Assembly: GCF_006345805.1 (NCBI RefSeq) | Contig: NW_021835481.1 | Coordinates: forward strand, 1 to 64,000 | From: Octopus sinensis | Lineage: Eukaryota | Direction of reading: 5' to 3' | DNA: 64,000 nucleotides | In this document: in pieces, positions 36,988 to 50,618 of the stretch | Layout: each line of letters opens with the position of its first letter | Position numbering within the stretch: position 1 is the first letter of the stretch | The notes under the pieces: model-generated | What the model saw: only the letters and a program-made list of their open reading frames with translations | Database searches by the model: none | Told to the model about the DNA's origin: nothing | Translations under genes and position numbers: made by a program

Positions 36988-38607
36988 ATGGTGTTCTGCC
37001 CTACCTGATTATTTTATTATCTATTATTTTAAAATAGCCTTTATTTATTTATAAAATGAATCTAATTTTGTACCTCTATAAATTCATACTGAGCATATAC
37101 AAAACAATACTGGTATATTCACTACTTAAAATAAACTGCTTAGATTATAATTTAATTAATATATAGTTAGTATGCTCTCTTACCTCAGTACACCTTTATT
37201 AAATACCAGTATATACTAATTGATCATTCTTCATAGATACAATCTGATAAGTTCGTATTTAAGTATATAATAAGTATAAATATTAAGCTATTATGAGATA
37301 ACTTCTTTTCCTCCCTCTAATGTGGTAAAAGTTTGGTATATACTCAAAAGTATTCAAAAAAATCTTTTCATCCTTTTGTTTTAATATTCTTCTGAATAAC
37401 CCTAAATTTTAACTTATAAAATATGGAAATATTGTTTAAAATGTTTCAAATTTTTAACTATAGTACCACATAAGATTTCCCATTTTTCATTATAAATGGT
37501 CTAATAGTGGCCTGCCCCTTTAAATGGAAGCTAAAATCTTGATTTCAGTTTTCCTTTACCAAATCTCATGATACTGCTTCAAAATAAATCTTGATAGTTT
37601 TTTATGACTATACCCATTATGATTTCTGTTGATTCCCTCAGCCCACTTCCTGACAGGCATTACTCCTTGCTCTTTTGGCCTTAGATATACAAAGATTTGA
37701 TAAACTAGTCTATAAATTAAAACTGACCCCATAAAACAGTGACAAGCAAAATCTGTAACAAGTCTTTCTTCCTTAGTAACTTCTAAGCTGAAGTGAAGAT
37801 AGCATGTTCTCTGTAAATCTCCTTACCTTCTTGGAGATTTTATGTAAAATTATACTAATGTGTCCATCTGATTTAATTTAAATAAATTCTATGTCTTTAT
37901 GCAGTTGAAGATTGCTCTGCATTTAAATTGATTTAATGATTGCATTGTTCAATTAAATGGAATTACGTGTGAAACGATTGTACTGCATTACTTCTGTATA
38001 CCCTTGTTGCATTTTTTGATTACATATATATATATATATATGATACAATGATATCAAACCAATGTAAGACTTGCTATCTTGAAGATAGCTTGTTCACACT
38101 AGTATATATTAAAAGAAAGACGCTGTAAAGTACGATATGTCGCCAAAGATCAGGCTCATTTGTGGGTTCGCACTTCACACTAATATCCAATGTATTATGA
38201 TACAGGGCATCAAACTTGGGGTAGGCTACTGTGCAGAATACAAGCCAAATAACAACAACAATGATAATAGTAATAATTAAAAAACCAGTATGGTATCCAT
38301 CACTTTATTGGACATACATGTGTTTCCGAAAAATGCCAAAGTATTTATATCACATTTGTAGAAACATAATGCAGCCACAGATGTCAAAACTCCTATACAC
38401 TATTACTATTATTGGGAAAAGTGTATATACTTGGAGCTTTAAATCTGTTGTATTTATTGAGAGATACTAATGAGGTCAAATGTAAAGTTGCATAATGTTT
38501 CTACAACTGTTAAATAGTTAATTCAGAATTTTGTTGAAATACTTATATATCCTATAAAGCATTGAATACCATACTGTTTTTTTGATTATTATTATTATTT
38601 CCATATA

Positions 38608-38780
38608 AGACAGTGAGCTGGCTCAATCATTACTGCACTGGGCAAAGTGCTTAGCAGCATTTCTTGTTTTTACATCCTGAGTTCAAATTCCACCTGAAGG
38701 TGATTTTGCCTTTCATCATTTTGGGTCGATAAAGTAAGTACAGTCAAGTACTGGAGTCATTGTAATCAACAAAACCCCTG
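38608..38780 (+). mobile_element. tRNA-derived SINE, same family as 9161
   Basis: gagctgg head, gagttcaaattcc, gcctttcatc...gtcgataaagtaagtac. Confidence 0.75.
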
Positions 38781-38799
38781 TGAAACAGTTGGTGATTCG

Positions 38800-39460
38800 C
38801 TGTGCTTGAGAAGATTCATCCAGCTAAGTAAAATCAGGACAATTAAGGCATGTCATTTATGCCTATGTTCCAGGCAAACTTCTCCCACACAATCCAAACA
38901 CCTCCCCCTCCTTCCATCCATATTCACCACTCACTGTATTCCCCTCCCTTCTATCTCCCACTCTCCCTTTGCACCTTTGTAAACCTACCTGCATAAAATG
39001 TGTCCCCGTCAAATCTCTTCCCAACAACATATCCTCCTAACATTCTGCCTCTGTCTGCTTGTGTCCACTTGCTGCAGCCCTTCCCCTCTACCTTTCACTC
39101 TTCTTTTGCATTCTCATAAACTTACCCACCCACTCACCCTATCCAATCACTTACACCCCCTGTAACTTGAGTGTACTCCCCCCCCCATTATCACATCATC
39201 ATCTCTCACCCTTCCCCTCTTTTTCCAGCTGAGGTAGCCATGCATCTCCTCTACTGCAAAGCAGTTATTTCTGTCCCTCTATTCCTCTTATCACTTAGCA
39301 CAAAGCCACTGCTTTTGATACTATTTCTCCTCTCAGTTGAGGAGTCTAGCCTTGCAAGTTACTTACTTAGTGATGTTACTGCTGCCAGTGCCATGTAAAA
39401 ACTTCATGTCCACAGTTGCATGTGAGCATGGAACATTTGTTATTAAAAGGATGATGATAC
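38800..39460 (+). mobile_element. RTE 3' end fragment with CT-rich tract
   Basis: gctgtgcttgagaag ORF-end motif at about 38800, CT-rich 38880-39330, family 3' end and gatgatgat at about 39450. Confidence 0.6.
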
Positions 39461-39489
39461 ATTAAAGCACACATACATATACACAATTA

Positions 39490-40520
39490 TAATAATAAAA
39501 ATGGACAATTAGGCTTCTTGTATCAAAGCAATGGATCATACACAATATTTTGAGTGGTACAGGTGCTGCAAAAGTGGAAGAACATTCCTGAAAGACACTG
39601 AGCAATCTGGAAGACCTGGAACAAGCATCACCCCCAGGAAAGTGGAGAAAATTCATCAGCTTGTGCATGAGGACTGTCGGAGGAATGAATGACATTGCTG
39701 ATGTTGTTGGTCTGTTGTATGGGTCCATGCAGGCAATTCTAATACCTGAATTGAACATGTGGTGTGTTTCTGCCAAGTTTGTCTCTCACCTACTGAGCAG
39801 AAAGAGTATCATGTTGAAGTTTGTCAAGATCTTCGTCAGTATGCCACTGATGACTCATCTTTTATGTCAAGGATCATCACCAGTTACAAGAGTTGAGCCT
39901 ACAGGTTTGACCCTGAGACAAAGCAGCAGTCATCACAGTGGAAGAGCCCTTCATCTCCATGACTGAAGAAGGCACGACAGAGTCACAGCTCAATCAACAA
40001 CATGCTCATCATTTTCTTCGTCATCTGTGATATTGTGCATTGAGGGTTCATCCTCCAGAGCCAGACTGTCAATTGTAACTTCTGTGATATTTTGAAACAT
40101 TTGAGGAAGGGACATTTGGTGAAAGCAACCAGATTTATGGAGTGTGAAGAATTGGATTCTTCATAACAGTGTACCCTGTTACCAAGCTCCCCTCACTCAT
40201 GAGTTTCTCCCCCAAAACAATATGGTATGACTTCCACACCCACCATGTTCGCCAAATTTAGTGCCTGCAGAATTCCATCTATTTCCCAAGATGAAAATGC
40301 AGCTCAATGGTCACGGTTCTAATACTTTTAATCACAGAAGGTCTTCAACTCACTTATGGAAAACAACTTTCAGGTTGGATTCCAAAAGAGGCAGGAATGC
40401 TGAGACAAGAGTATTGTCACACAAGGTGACTATTTCGAAGGAGATGATGTTAAGACTTAGTAAGTAAATAATTTTGTATTAAATATAACTAGTCCGGGAA
40501 CTTTTTGATACTACCTCGTA
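39490..40520 (+). mobile_element. Decayed mariner DNA transposon, 5'-truncated
   Basis: FDPETKQQSSQWKSP and PPCSPNLVPAEFHLFPKMK (YSPDLAP.DF equivalent). 3' TIR-like ggaactttttgatactacctcg followed by TA at 40519-20. Confidence 0.85.
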
Positions 40521-41290
40521 TCTTTAATTGCCTTATGTATCATGCTACTGTCAACTAGGATAGATGGTCCCTGTGTTGGGTTCACATGATGGAGACTCTC
40601 TTTCTTCCATTCATTCTCCACATTTAATAGTCTTTCATAATAACTTTTCTATGCCTCTTTCTTTTCAGGATCACTAAGAGCAAGCATACCATTATCTGTT
40701 GGTACATCCTTCTCCCCCACAACATCTTGTTTCTCTCTAACACACGGTCTAGCAATCTGAAATACCTCAAATCTCTGATCTTCACACTGTAAAACATTGG
40801 CAAAACTCTCCCTTTCTGTTTCTGCCCAAGCCAAATATACCTGACGCCTTGCTTCTTTTTTAGCAATCTGATATGTTTCTTTACTACCCACACTCTTCCA
40901 TTATTTCCAAGACTGCCTCTTCTCTTTTATAACTCCATCAATCTCACTGTTTCACCACTTTGTCAACCTTGGTCTGAGAGAAAGAAACTTGCTCCAATCA
41001 TAGGTTTGATCTGTCACATTTTGTTGATTGTCCCATAAGAACTCCCAATTGTCCTCTATGTTGCATGACTCCATCTCTACCTACTCATGAAAGGTTTCAT
41101 TAAGAACATCTCTAAAGTCTTTGCCCATTTGAAGGATACTTGAGCTTCCATAACCTCCTTTTCTATTTTGGTTTGTGAGCAGTCTAGTTGATCACTTTCA
41201 TCATACCTCTTGCATCCACATGCCTCCACTCAAGCATTTCAACAATCTCACCAGACGTACCTTTCCTTGTTCTGACATTGATTGTGGCAG
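40521..41290 (-). mobile_element. Decayed RTE fragment (EN start plus linker)
   Basis: YQIAKKEARRQVYLA...FANVLQCEDQRFEVFQIAR. GTSGEIVEMLEWR at about 41225-41270. Confidence 0.8.
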
Positions 41291-41949
41291 CTCTGAGCTT
41301 GTGAATCTAGGAAGCCTGGGAGGGAAGTTGTTTCTTTGCAAAATCAGGATCTTAGCATTTGCTTGCTTGAATATAATGGGTCCTGCAGCCTAGAGTTAGC
41401 AGGTACAGGTACAGGTTGCAACATAGATAACAATTAAAATTTCCATCGGTTCTGATTATCTTTTGTGGATATGCAACTATGGTGGAGGTTTCAGGTAAAT
41501 TGGAAGTCTTTGACATTATTATTATTATTAAGGCAACAATTAGTCTTTGGCGCTACAGAAGTAGCTGTGCACATCATGATAATATACATTTCTAAATTAT
41601 AACTATCATCACATTGTACACACATATATATGAGACATACACTTGTATGCATAAGTGCATACATGAAGCATGCATTACTAGTAGTGACATGCACGTGGGT
41701 CCACAATGTTATATTTATGCATTACGTGTATCCATAATTATGCACATCATGAAAACAGTTCACAGGTCAATAGAATAATTTTGACATAGTGACAAGTGCT
41801 ACATATACATACATATTTATATGCATGTATGTATATAGATACAATAGATACATATGTATGTGTTGTGTGTAAATTTTTAATAGAAAATTGTAAGTTGGAG
41901 TTGATTGTTGCCTGGAAACGATGTGAATTATGAAAAATATTTTAACTTC

Positions 41950-42162
41950 AGACTAATTTACTGCTGAGCTGCTGAAGCAGAAATATTGTTGTAACATATA
42001 ATCTGCTTGATACCACATATTTGCTTGTCATTTGCTTGATCTTTATCACTTGAGCATGCCTGTTATTGGTTGACAATCTGTGCATCTCTAATTGTGAGCT
42101 GAGTAGTAGTGGTGGAGCATTATAGCCATGTGTTGAGAGGGATTCTTTGGGGTTTGAATAAA
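41950..42162 (-). mobile_element. Probable SINE fragment (second family)
   Basis: Minus strand attcaaaccccaaagaatccctctcaacacatggctataatgctcc resembles a common octopus SINE body as I recall it. Not verifiable within the window. Confidence 0.4.
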
Positions 42163-42399
42163 TGTAACAAAAGCAAAGTTTGAAAGGAATATAAGCCATT
42201 TTTTATACTTTCTAGGGGTAAATATATAGGAAATAACAGTTGCTACCAAGGACAAAAATCTTGTTTATAGATGTTATCAAATGTAACATGAAAACTGATA
42301 ATACATGAAAACGAAATTCAAATGAGATAATGATGAATAATGTATTAGGTATTAATGTATATACATATCTATATTAACAAATGTATTTTTTCACTACAT

Positions 42400-43410
42400 A
42401 AACAAACAAACTTTGCTTTTTATATTTTTGTTCACAATGGTCAGTGTAAAAACAAACAAACTTTGGGTTTTTTTCAGTGAAATAGTATGTAGATTGCTTG
42501 AAATAGGAGCCAATACACCACCAAGTCACCCCCATCTATTTTCAGAAAATATGTGTACAGTTATGTGCGGAATCATCATCATCATTTAATTGGCCGTGCT
42601 GGCATGGGTTGGATGGTTTGACTGGACTGGTATGCTGGAAGGCTGCACCAGACTCCAGTCTGATTTGGCATCGTTTTCTACAGCTGGATGCCCTTCATAA
42701 CGCCAACCAGTCTGAGTGTGTAATGGGTGCTTTTACATGCCACTGGCATGACACTGAGGTGTGTTTATGAGCCACTGGCACAGGTGCCAATTAGTGTGAC
42801 ACTGGTATCTGCTGCATCTGTGATTTTGCTTGGCTTGATGGGTCTTCTTCTCAAGCACAACATAATGCCAAAGGTCTTGGTCATTGCCTCCGTGAGGCCC
42901 AACACTTGAAAGGAACTCAGCCACTTTGACACACAAAACCAGAAATACTATCAATTTTATTTAGTATTTTCAGCAGTCATAATAGGTGGAGTATTTCTTC
43001 ACTTTGTGAAAAGCATTACAGTGAAATAGACTGTATGTGAATTGCTAGAAATAGGAGCCAGTATACCTCCTACTTGTCCCCTTTTCATTCCGTTTTCAGA
43101 AAATAAGTGCACAGTTATCTGCAGAATGGTCAAATTAATTCAAATGATACGAAAATCCTGAAATGTTGCCAATTTTATTTAGTGTTTTCAGTGGTCAACC
43201 TAGAAACAAACAAACTTTGCTTTTTATAAGGACATGTAGACATCACAGTGAAATAATACGTGGATTGCCAATACACCACCAAGTTGACTCTCACCAATCC
43301 ATTTTTAGAAAATAAGTGAACTGTTATGTGCAGAATGGTCAATAACAAGCAAAGCCTGAAATATTATCAATTTTATTGAGTATTTTCAGTGGTCAGTGTA
43401 CAAACAAATA
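42400..43410. repeat. Diverged tandem repeat, three units of about 200-230 bp, first unit interrupted
   Basis: Recurring cagtgaaata...ttttcagaaaata.gtg.acagttat.tgc.gaat...caattttatt.agt.ttttcag blocks starting about 42476, 43019 and 43246. Confidence 0.75.
42572..42925 (-). mobile_element. Short RTE 3'-end insertion
   Basis: (CAT)n tail at about 42572-42585, family 3' UTR, and ORF end (GLTEAMTKDLWHYVVLEK). Confidence 0.85.
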
Positions 43411-43411
43411 G

Positions 43412-44620
43412 GTTGCTGGACCGATAACCAACGTGAGATCTCACATCTCTATGATGGCATGGTAGGATGTTTGCAAACTAAATGCACTTTCTGAATCATT
43501 CTCCATCTCCAGAGGTCTGAAAGAAGGCTGCATCTTGGCTCTTACCTTGTTCTCCTTCAACCTGATAGTGATGTTCAATGAAATCTCACATAACTCTCTC
43601 AGTGTCAATATCCGCTATCACCTGCATAGCAGACTCTATAACCTGGCACGCCTAAGATCCAAAACTTGAACATCAAATAGCAGCATCAAGAAGTTCCAGT
43701 ACACAAATGACAGTGCTACTCCTATTGCCTCTGTTGTTGACCTCCAGCACTGTTTGACTCTTGTCTTAGAAGCCTACCATTGCTTTGGGATGGAAGTGAA
43801 TGAGGACAAAATGAAAAGACTTGTGTAGTCTGTTCCTGGACAAGAAATACTAGAAGCTACTGTCAACAAAGGGGGCACCACTGGAAGTCATCAGTTATTT
43901 CCAGTACCTCAGCAGCACTCTCTCACAATCTGGACCATACAAAAGGGACATCGACCACAGAATCAAATCCACTCATTTAGCTTTTAGAAGACACAGCAAG
44001 CAAGTATTCAACAACCACAGGCTCCCTCTCTGAACAAAATTCATGGTGTTCCATGTCCTTGTCATCTTCACCTTGCTCTACACATGTGAGACATGGACTC
44101 TGTATTGAAAAGACTTGAAAAAGTTTGAGCATTTCCAACCAGCTAAGCTTTAACAGATCCTCAATATCAAATGGCAGGACTGACACGTCATCTACAAAGT
44201 CCTCGATCATTCAGAAATGCCAAGCATTGAAGTTGCCATCCTCAAGTTGCATTGCCTCAAGTGGTCAAGACATATATCATCTGAACAGTCCCATCCTCTA
44301 CAGTGAGTTCGTCAATGGCATTGAAGACCCCCAAACTGCAGATTCAAAGAACAACTGAAGTCTTCAATCCTTCAAGCTGCAATCACCCTTAATACCTGGA
44401 AACTGAAATTGTCAACTGTCCACCTTGGCGAAGAGCAATTCATTTCAGTTGTTCTACTTTTGAGGAGAAAGACTGAAGAAGAAGCAAAAGAAAGCAATGC
44501 AAGGCCTGACAACTGCAGCCAAGTCCACACCCACCCTGCCATGCAGTCAATGCGTGAGGTTGTTCCATTCCTGACTTGGCCTTCTCAGCCATGTCAAGTT
44601 TAAGTATTGTGGAGGCATCA
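43412..44620 (+). mobile_element. RTE LINE of a different lineage (RTE-RTE type with C-terminal C2H2 remnant), decayed
   Basis: GLKEGCILALTLFS, NIRYHLHSRLYNLARLRSKT, QYTNDSA (YADD equivalent), LLYTCETWTLY, and terminal C..C.RLFHS.LGLLSH. Confidence 0.8.
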
Positions 44621-44829
44621 AATGAACCAAATCTGGACAGAGTGGTGCCAACAACTATGTATACATTTTACCTTGTTTTGTATTTTTACTGTGTATGTTT
44701 TCTACACATTTTTATCATGCAATTCTATTTAAATCACCACATTTTATCTTCATCTTTGTGTATTGTCTCCCTCATCCATCACCCAGCTTGCAAATGAAAG
44801 AAATTGTAGCTGTTGTTGTTAATGTAGTA

Positions 44830-46340
44830 AACTAGCAGAATCTTTGAAGCATTAGAAAAATGCTTTGTGGTGTTTGTTCCAACACTTTATGTACTGAGTT
44901 CTATTCTTGCAATGGTCAGGTGTACCTTTCACTCTTTTGGTGTTGATAAAACAAAATAAAATTGTATAATATTGGTGATATTGACTAATTCCTGGAAAAT
45001 TGTCTAACTGTCACCTTTATTATTATTATTATTATTATTATATTATTATTATTATTATTGTGGCAGTAAGCTAGCAGAATTGTAAGCACACCAGGCAAAA
45101 TTCCTAGCAACATTTCATCCATTTGTATGTTTTGAGTTCAAATTTTGCTGAGGTCAACTTTACCTTTCAACTTTTCGAGGTTGATAAAATAAGTACCAGT
45201 TGAACCCTGGGATAGATGTAATCACCATGCCCCTCCCTCAAAATTGCTGACTTTGAGCCAGAATTTGAAATCATTATTATTATTGTTAAGGCAGTGAACT
45301 GACAAGACCATTAGCATGCTAAACAAAATGTTTGCAACATTTCATTTGTCTTTATATTCTGAATTCAAATGGCACGAGGTTGTCTTTCATCTTTGCAGAT
45401 GACTAGGGTCTCATTGTAATTGGCTAACCCCACCTCCCTCAAAATTTCACCTTGTGCCTATAATAGGGTTATTGTTATTCAAGATGGCAAGCTGGCTGAA
45501 TCATTGGCACACCAGGCAAAATGTTTAGCAGTATTTCACCCATTCCTATGTTCTGAGTTAATTCCTCAGAGGTTGACTTTGCCTTTAATCCTTTTGGGGT
45601 TGATAAATTAAGTACCAGTGAAATACTGGGGTTGATGTAATTATTTAGTCCCCTCCCACCAAATTACAGGCCTTGTGCCTTTAGTTTTAGATTATTATCA
45701 TTATTGTTATTATTATTATTATGGTGTCAATCTGACAGACAAGATGTGTCAAACAAGATGTGTTGCAATATTTGCATTCATTTCCTAGTGAGATTAAATT
45801 CACCCTTAGTCCTTCCAATGTTGATAAAAATAAAGAAATTAAGTCAGGTGGTTGATGTTATCAGCTAACACACTTCACCTCGAAATTGCTGGCCTTTTGC
45901 AAAAACCAAAAGTAATTATTGGTTCCATATTTTGGCACAAGGCCTGCAATTTTAGGAGTTGGAGTAAGTTGATTACGTTGACTCCAGTGTCCTACTTGGT
46001 ACTTATTTTATTGACCCTGGAAGGATGAAATGCAAAGTTCATCTCAGCAAAATTTGACCTCAGAATATAAAGTTGTTGAAATGCCACTAAGCATTTTTCC
46101 TGATATGCTAATGGTTCTGCCCGCTCACTGCCCTAAAATCCAAAGTAATTAATGTGGTAAATAAGCAGCATCAGCAGAGGATGGGACAAAATACAATGCA
46201 TTATTTAGTTAGGCCTGTTTACATTCTGAGTTCAAATTCTATTGAAATTGATTTTTGACTTCCATTTCTTCAAGGCCAGTAAAAGAGAGAACCCATCTTG
46301 GGTCATTGATATTGACATAGCCCCTCCTCTCAAAATTGTA
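44830..46340. mobile_element. Cluster of about 7 tRNA-derived SINE copies (mostly +, one on - at about 45935-46135)
   Basis: Repeated ggc..gagctggcagaa / gagttcaaatt / gataaa.taagtaccag units at about 44830, 45060, 45288, 45482, 45722 and 46220, separated by (TTA)n tails. Inverted copy tggtacttattttattgaccc at about 46000. Confidence 0.82.
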
Positions 46341-46537
46341 CCTGATTTATTACAAATGTGACCAATGTTCAAATCTTTATTATTAGAAACATATTTAAAA
46401 AATTTTGAAAAATTGCTAATTTTCTTCAAAATATACTTCTGGTTTGTTTTTTTCTTTACTTTTTTGTTCTTTTATTAAGTGCACTAATTTGATTTTGTTT
46501 GTTTTTCTTTTAACTCTTTATGTTCTGAAATTCATAG

Positions 46538-46788
46538 ATTCTCCAGAAAATATGATACTAGATGTTTCTGGAGGAAAAGTATGTGTTGATACTCCAACCA
46601 AATTCCGCTGCAGTTGGAAAGGTGGTAATCCACCAGCAAGTGTAACCCTGGAGTATGAAAAATACTCAAATACTAGTAAAGAAGAAGTTGAAATTAATGT
46701 AATACCTTCCAAATCTCATCAAACAGTCAAGTGTCGGGCATTCATATTGCTGCAAATGTGTCTCGTGAAAAGAATTTAACTATTCATT
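46538..46788 (+). CDS. Internal coding exon, Ig-like domain (one apparent 1-nt deficit near 46736-46742)
   Basis: Acceptor ttcatAG at 46536-37 and donor GTGAGT at 46789, phase 1-1. Reads (Y)SPENMILDVSGGKVCVDTPTKFRCSWKGGNPPASVTL...TVKCR, then in a shifted frame HIAANVSREKNLTIH. 251 nt, so one added base gives 252 nt. Confidence 0.82.
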
Positions 46789-47274
46789 GTGAGTATAATG
46801 AAGCATCTTTTGAAAATTTTATCTTCTGTTTTTATCATTTTCTTTTTTTAATTCAAATATGAAAAAAAATTTTAACTGTAAGATTTAGTCTTTTGTATAT
46901 GTTGGTTGGTTTGGCTGTAGGTTTTTGAGTGAAGGAAAGAAAAAATAATAATATCCTGTGATTCCAAACCAGTGTGAGCGTTGTTATTCTTCTGGAACTA
47001 TGTATCTAATTGCATTGTTGGAATTTGTGTAGTTTTATCATGCAAGTTGAATATACAGAGGAAATAAACTTATGGTCAAATGCCATTATAAATAGTGCCC
47101 CAGCATGACCACAACTTTGAAGTTGAAACAATTTAAAGATTTATGGCTAAATATCTGGGAGCTCTTTAAATTTTATTTAGGAAAAGAGATCAGTAATTAG
47201 AGGGATATCAAATTACTGGACTAGTTCATTAAAGTCAGAAAAAGAGTTATGGCTCTGTTGATAATTGACAGTTA

Positions 47275-49742
47275 AACTAGATGAGATGCAGTTCAGTTTT
47301 GTTCTGGAAAAAAGAAGTACTGATATCATATTCCTAGTGAGTCAACAAGTGAAGAACCTGTTGACCTAGAGAAAGCCTTTGACAAAGGTTACTCATTTGG
47401 GGATCTAGTAATTATTGATGAAGCTAGGAGTATAAGAATGGCTTATGTGAGCCATACAATCCATATACAGGTGTATTGTCAGCAATATGAGAAATAGCAA
47501 TGAGTACAGTGATGACTTTAGTGTGTAGGTAGGATACCATCAGTGCTTAGTCTCTTTCTATTTATCAAAGACCTCCAGGGGAGTTTAAGATTAGGTGTCT
47601 ACAGGAATTCTTATTTGCTCATGTTCTCCTTTTTATGGCTGAAGCTGGAGTAAGACTGGGAAAACATTACAGGTGTGAAAGCAAAGCATGGAATCAAAGG
47701 GCCTCATTACCTTGGTAAACATTCAAATCTTAGTAAATCAGAAAACATACAAGACCCTTCATCCATCTGGATAATTACCTTGTTTCATATGTAAAAAAGA
47801 AATGGGTGGAAAGTTGATATAGTGTATCCAGTGCAAACTGTGTATGTGCAAGAGATACAATGGAATTATGGGTAGGTTGACAAAGTGACATTGTATATAG
47901 CAGGTGTGCTGGAGCAATAAACTTTAAGTGAACATGAGAAATGAAGCCTTCAAAAGCCCAGGAATATTTCTAGATGTAATAGAGAGCTTTTGTTATCTAG
48001 GTGATCAAAACAGTATTGGTGGAAATTGTTCTCAAAGTGTAGTAGCCAATGTAAAATCTGAGTAGAGAAAGTCCATGGATTTATTACTTCTGTCATAAAC
48101 ATAAAGTTTTTCTCTCAGTGTGAAAAGCTGACTTTTATGATGCTTTTTTCAACTTGAAATGCTCCATGATAGTGAGACATGAGCCTTGAATGTGGAGGAC
48201 CTGAAAAGACTAGAAATAAATAAAGCATACATGCTCCACTAGATATGCAATGTTAGTGTGAAAGATTGATGGAATACAATGTGTTGAGGAGAACAACTGG
48301 CCAAGAATTAAATGTAGTATACATTAGTTTGGGTATGTAATATGTATGGATAAGACAGTTGTATATAAAGTAATGATCACTCACAGTAGATGAAACCTGT
48401 GTGAGAGAAAGACATGGGATGAGGTAGTGAAGGCTGATCTCAGGATGCTGGCACTCATGGAAGAGATGACAAACCAAGTTGATTAGTGATATGCAGTACT
48501 CAACATGATTTACCTTCCTATGATTGCACATCATGGCTAAGGCTCTCAAAGCGTAATATATATATATATGTACACTATGCACCTGAGTCGTCTCCCCCAT
48601 CTATCCAGACAACAAGTTCCCCCTTCAAGCCACTTCCATTCTCCTCATTGTAACAATTGACAATCCCTACCTCACCCTTGTTAATATCCATCTTAAACTC
48701 TCATCTTCATTTGTAACTTCTGGATCGCTGCCACTTCCTATTGATACTCATTCCTCATTTTTGTCATCCATGACTACATTCCTTTCCTCGTTGGGTTTCA
48801 ATTTTCACATTCACTTCACTCACAACCTCAACTCCACTTCTCATCCTCACATCTCACTCGCAATCTCTAATTCTACATCCAGCATCCTATCCCCTCAGTC
48901 TCCTCCACTTGCAACCTGAGTTCTATCCCTCATCACGCTATCACACATTCCTCTATCATTTCCCAATATACTACATTTTTCTGCTCTTGTAAGAAACTGA
49001 TATAGAACCTGCTACTATATACCATACCATTGCCATCTCTGTACTGCTGATCACCACTCTTCTCTATACTATTCTCAATCAGCCTTCATTCCTCATTCTC
49101 AATTGTACCTCACTCATACTGGTTACCTCCACCCTTGTTCACCCTTCTCTACATTTATCTTCTATATACTACTGACCTCATTCACCTCATGTTTATATCC
49201 ACCTCACTCTCCTTTCACACTCTTACAGCCTTTTCGCAAACCTTCATTATTCTCCTGTATCCTTCTCTCTCCATTTATCTCTTGGACATGTTACCATGCA
49301 TGTATGTTCTGTTACCTTGTCATCACCATTTTTACCTCTTGAGTCCCATTCCAGTCCTTCCCACCCATTGATGCAAAATAAATAGTTGCCATACATCTTT
49401 CTGCCACCCTCCACAGTGATACTTTAACATCTCAACTCCTTGCTTAAAGCATCCACCCTATCTCTTATCTTCCCCATTAGTTGAATAGCTCTTCAGTCTT
49501 GCAAGTTTCAAAGGAACCTCATTAGAGTTGATGCTATGAAAATAGCACCCAGTAAACTCTGTAAAGTGGTTGGCATTAGGAAAGGTATACATAAAGCATG
49601 CTAAAACTGACTTTTAAGCAAGATGTGGTTCTCTGGCCTGCAGGACCTTGTTAAAACGTATTGTCATGCTAGCATGGAAAGCAGACACAAGATGATAGTG
49701 GTAGTGGCAGCAATGATGATTATCATCATCTCTATGATGATA
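47275..49742 (+). mobile_element. Old RTE LINE, 3' part, with about 900-bp CT-rich tract and (GAT)n-like tail
   Basis: LDEMQFSFV, LEKAFD and heavily mutated RT to about 48500. CT-rich 48590-49500, then family 3' end gcacccagt..actctgtaaagtggttggcattaggaa. Confidence 0.78.
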
Positions 49743-50618
49743 GTGCATGTCTATTTTGAGGAAGATATATACATATTAAGAATCCATATGTCAGAAAAAA
49801 ATAAGCCCATTTACATTTGTTAATAGGGCAGGTATAATAGTCAAAATGTACAGTATTATAGATCCATTACAGCTAATCTTACCACTTGGTTTTACTCTGG
49901 GAATTAAAATGGATATTAGATAACAGCACAATTAAGAAATACTCTGTGCTCTTGAGATCTGGTAGGTATGGAAAAAATATCTGTTTTGAGGAAGGTATAA
50001 AGAAATTAATAATGTAATGCAATTTATGAAGTTTTGCAAAATGTAGGTAAAACATTATGAAAAGCCTGCACCAACAAATTTTCATAAATTCCTTTTTTAA
50101 AAACACCTATATTGTGGTATTTTAGTTTGACATTAAACTTCCCTTATTTTATTACAATTCTATCATTATCAGCAGTCCCAATTTACAAAAATGTAATATT
50201 TCATCATACACATTTTTATTTTATTTTATTTAATGATAGTAGTTGTGGAACCTATGTAGACTTATATTCAATGTTGCCTTTTATTCTGCATCCTTTTCCT
50301 GAAACTTTGTGTCTTGCTAATTAAATTTTGCCAACATCTTCAAAACTTAAATGGTAGTCTGATGAAATTCTTGGATACAAGTATTTTTATATAGATGTGT
50401 ATTTTCTAATATATTGGTTAGGATTTGAAAATTTGTATTGGACATTTCTTTCAGTGTAAAAGATTGCAATACTAATAGAATTTATTTAAAATTTTCTCAT
50501 TTTTATGCATCACTTTATATCTAATGCAACTTGGAATATTAATCACCAATGTAACAGCAAAAAATAAAATATCTTTATGCAAGTATTTACGTAAATAATC
50601 TGATTTCCTTTTATACAG

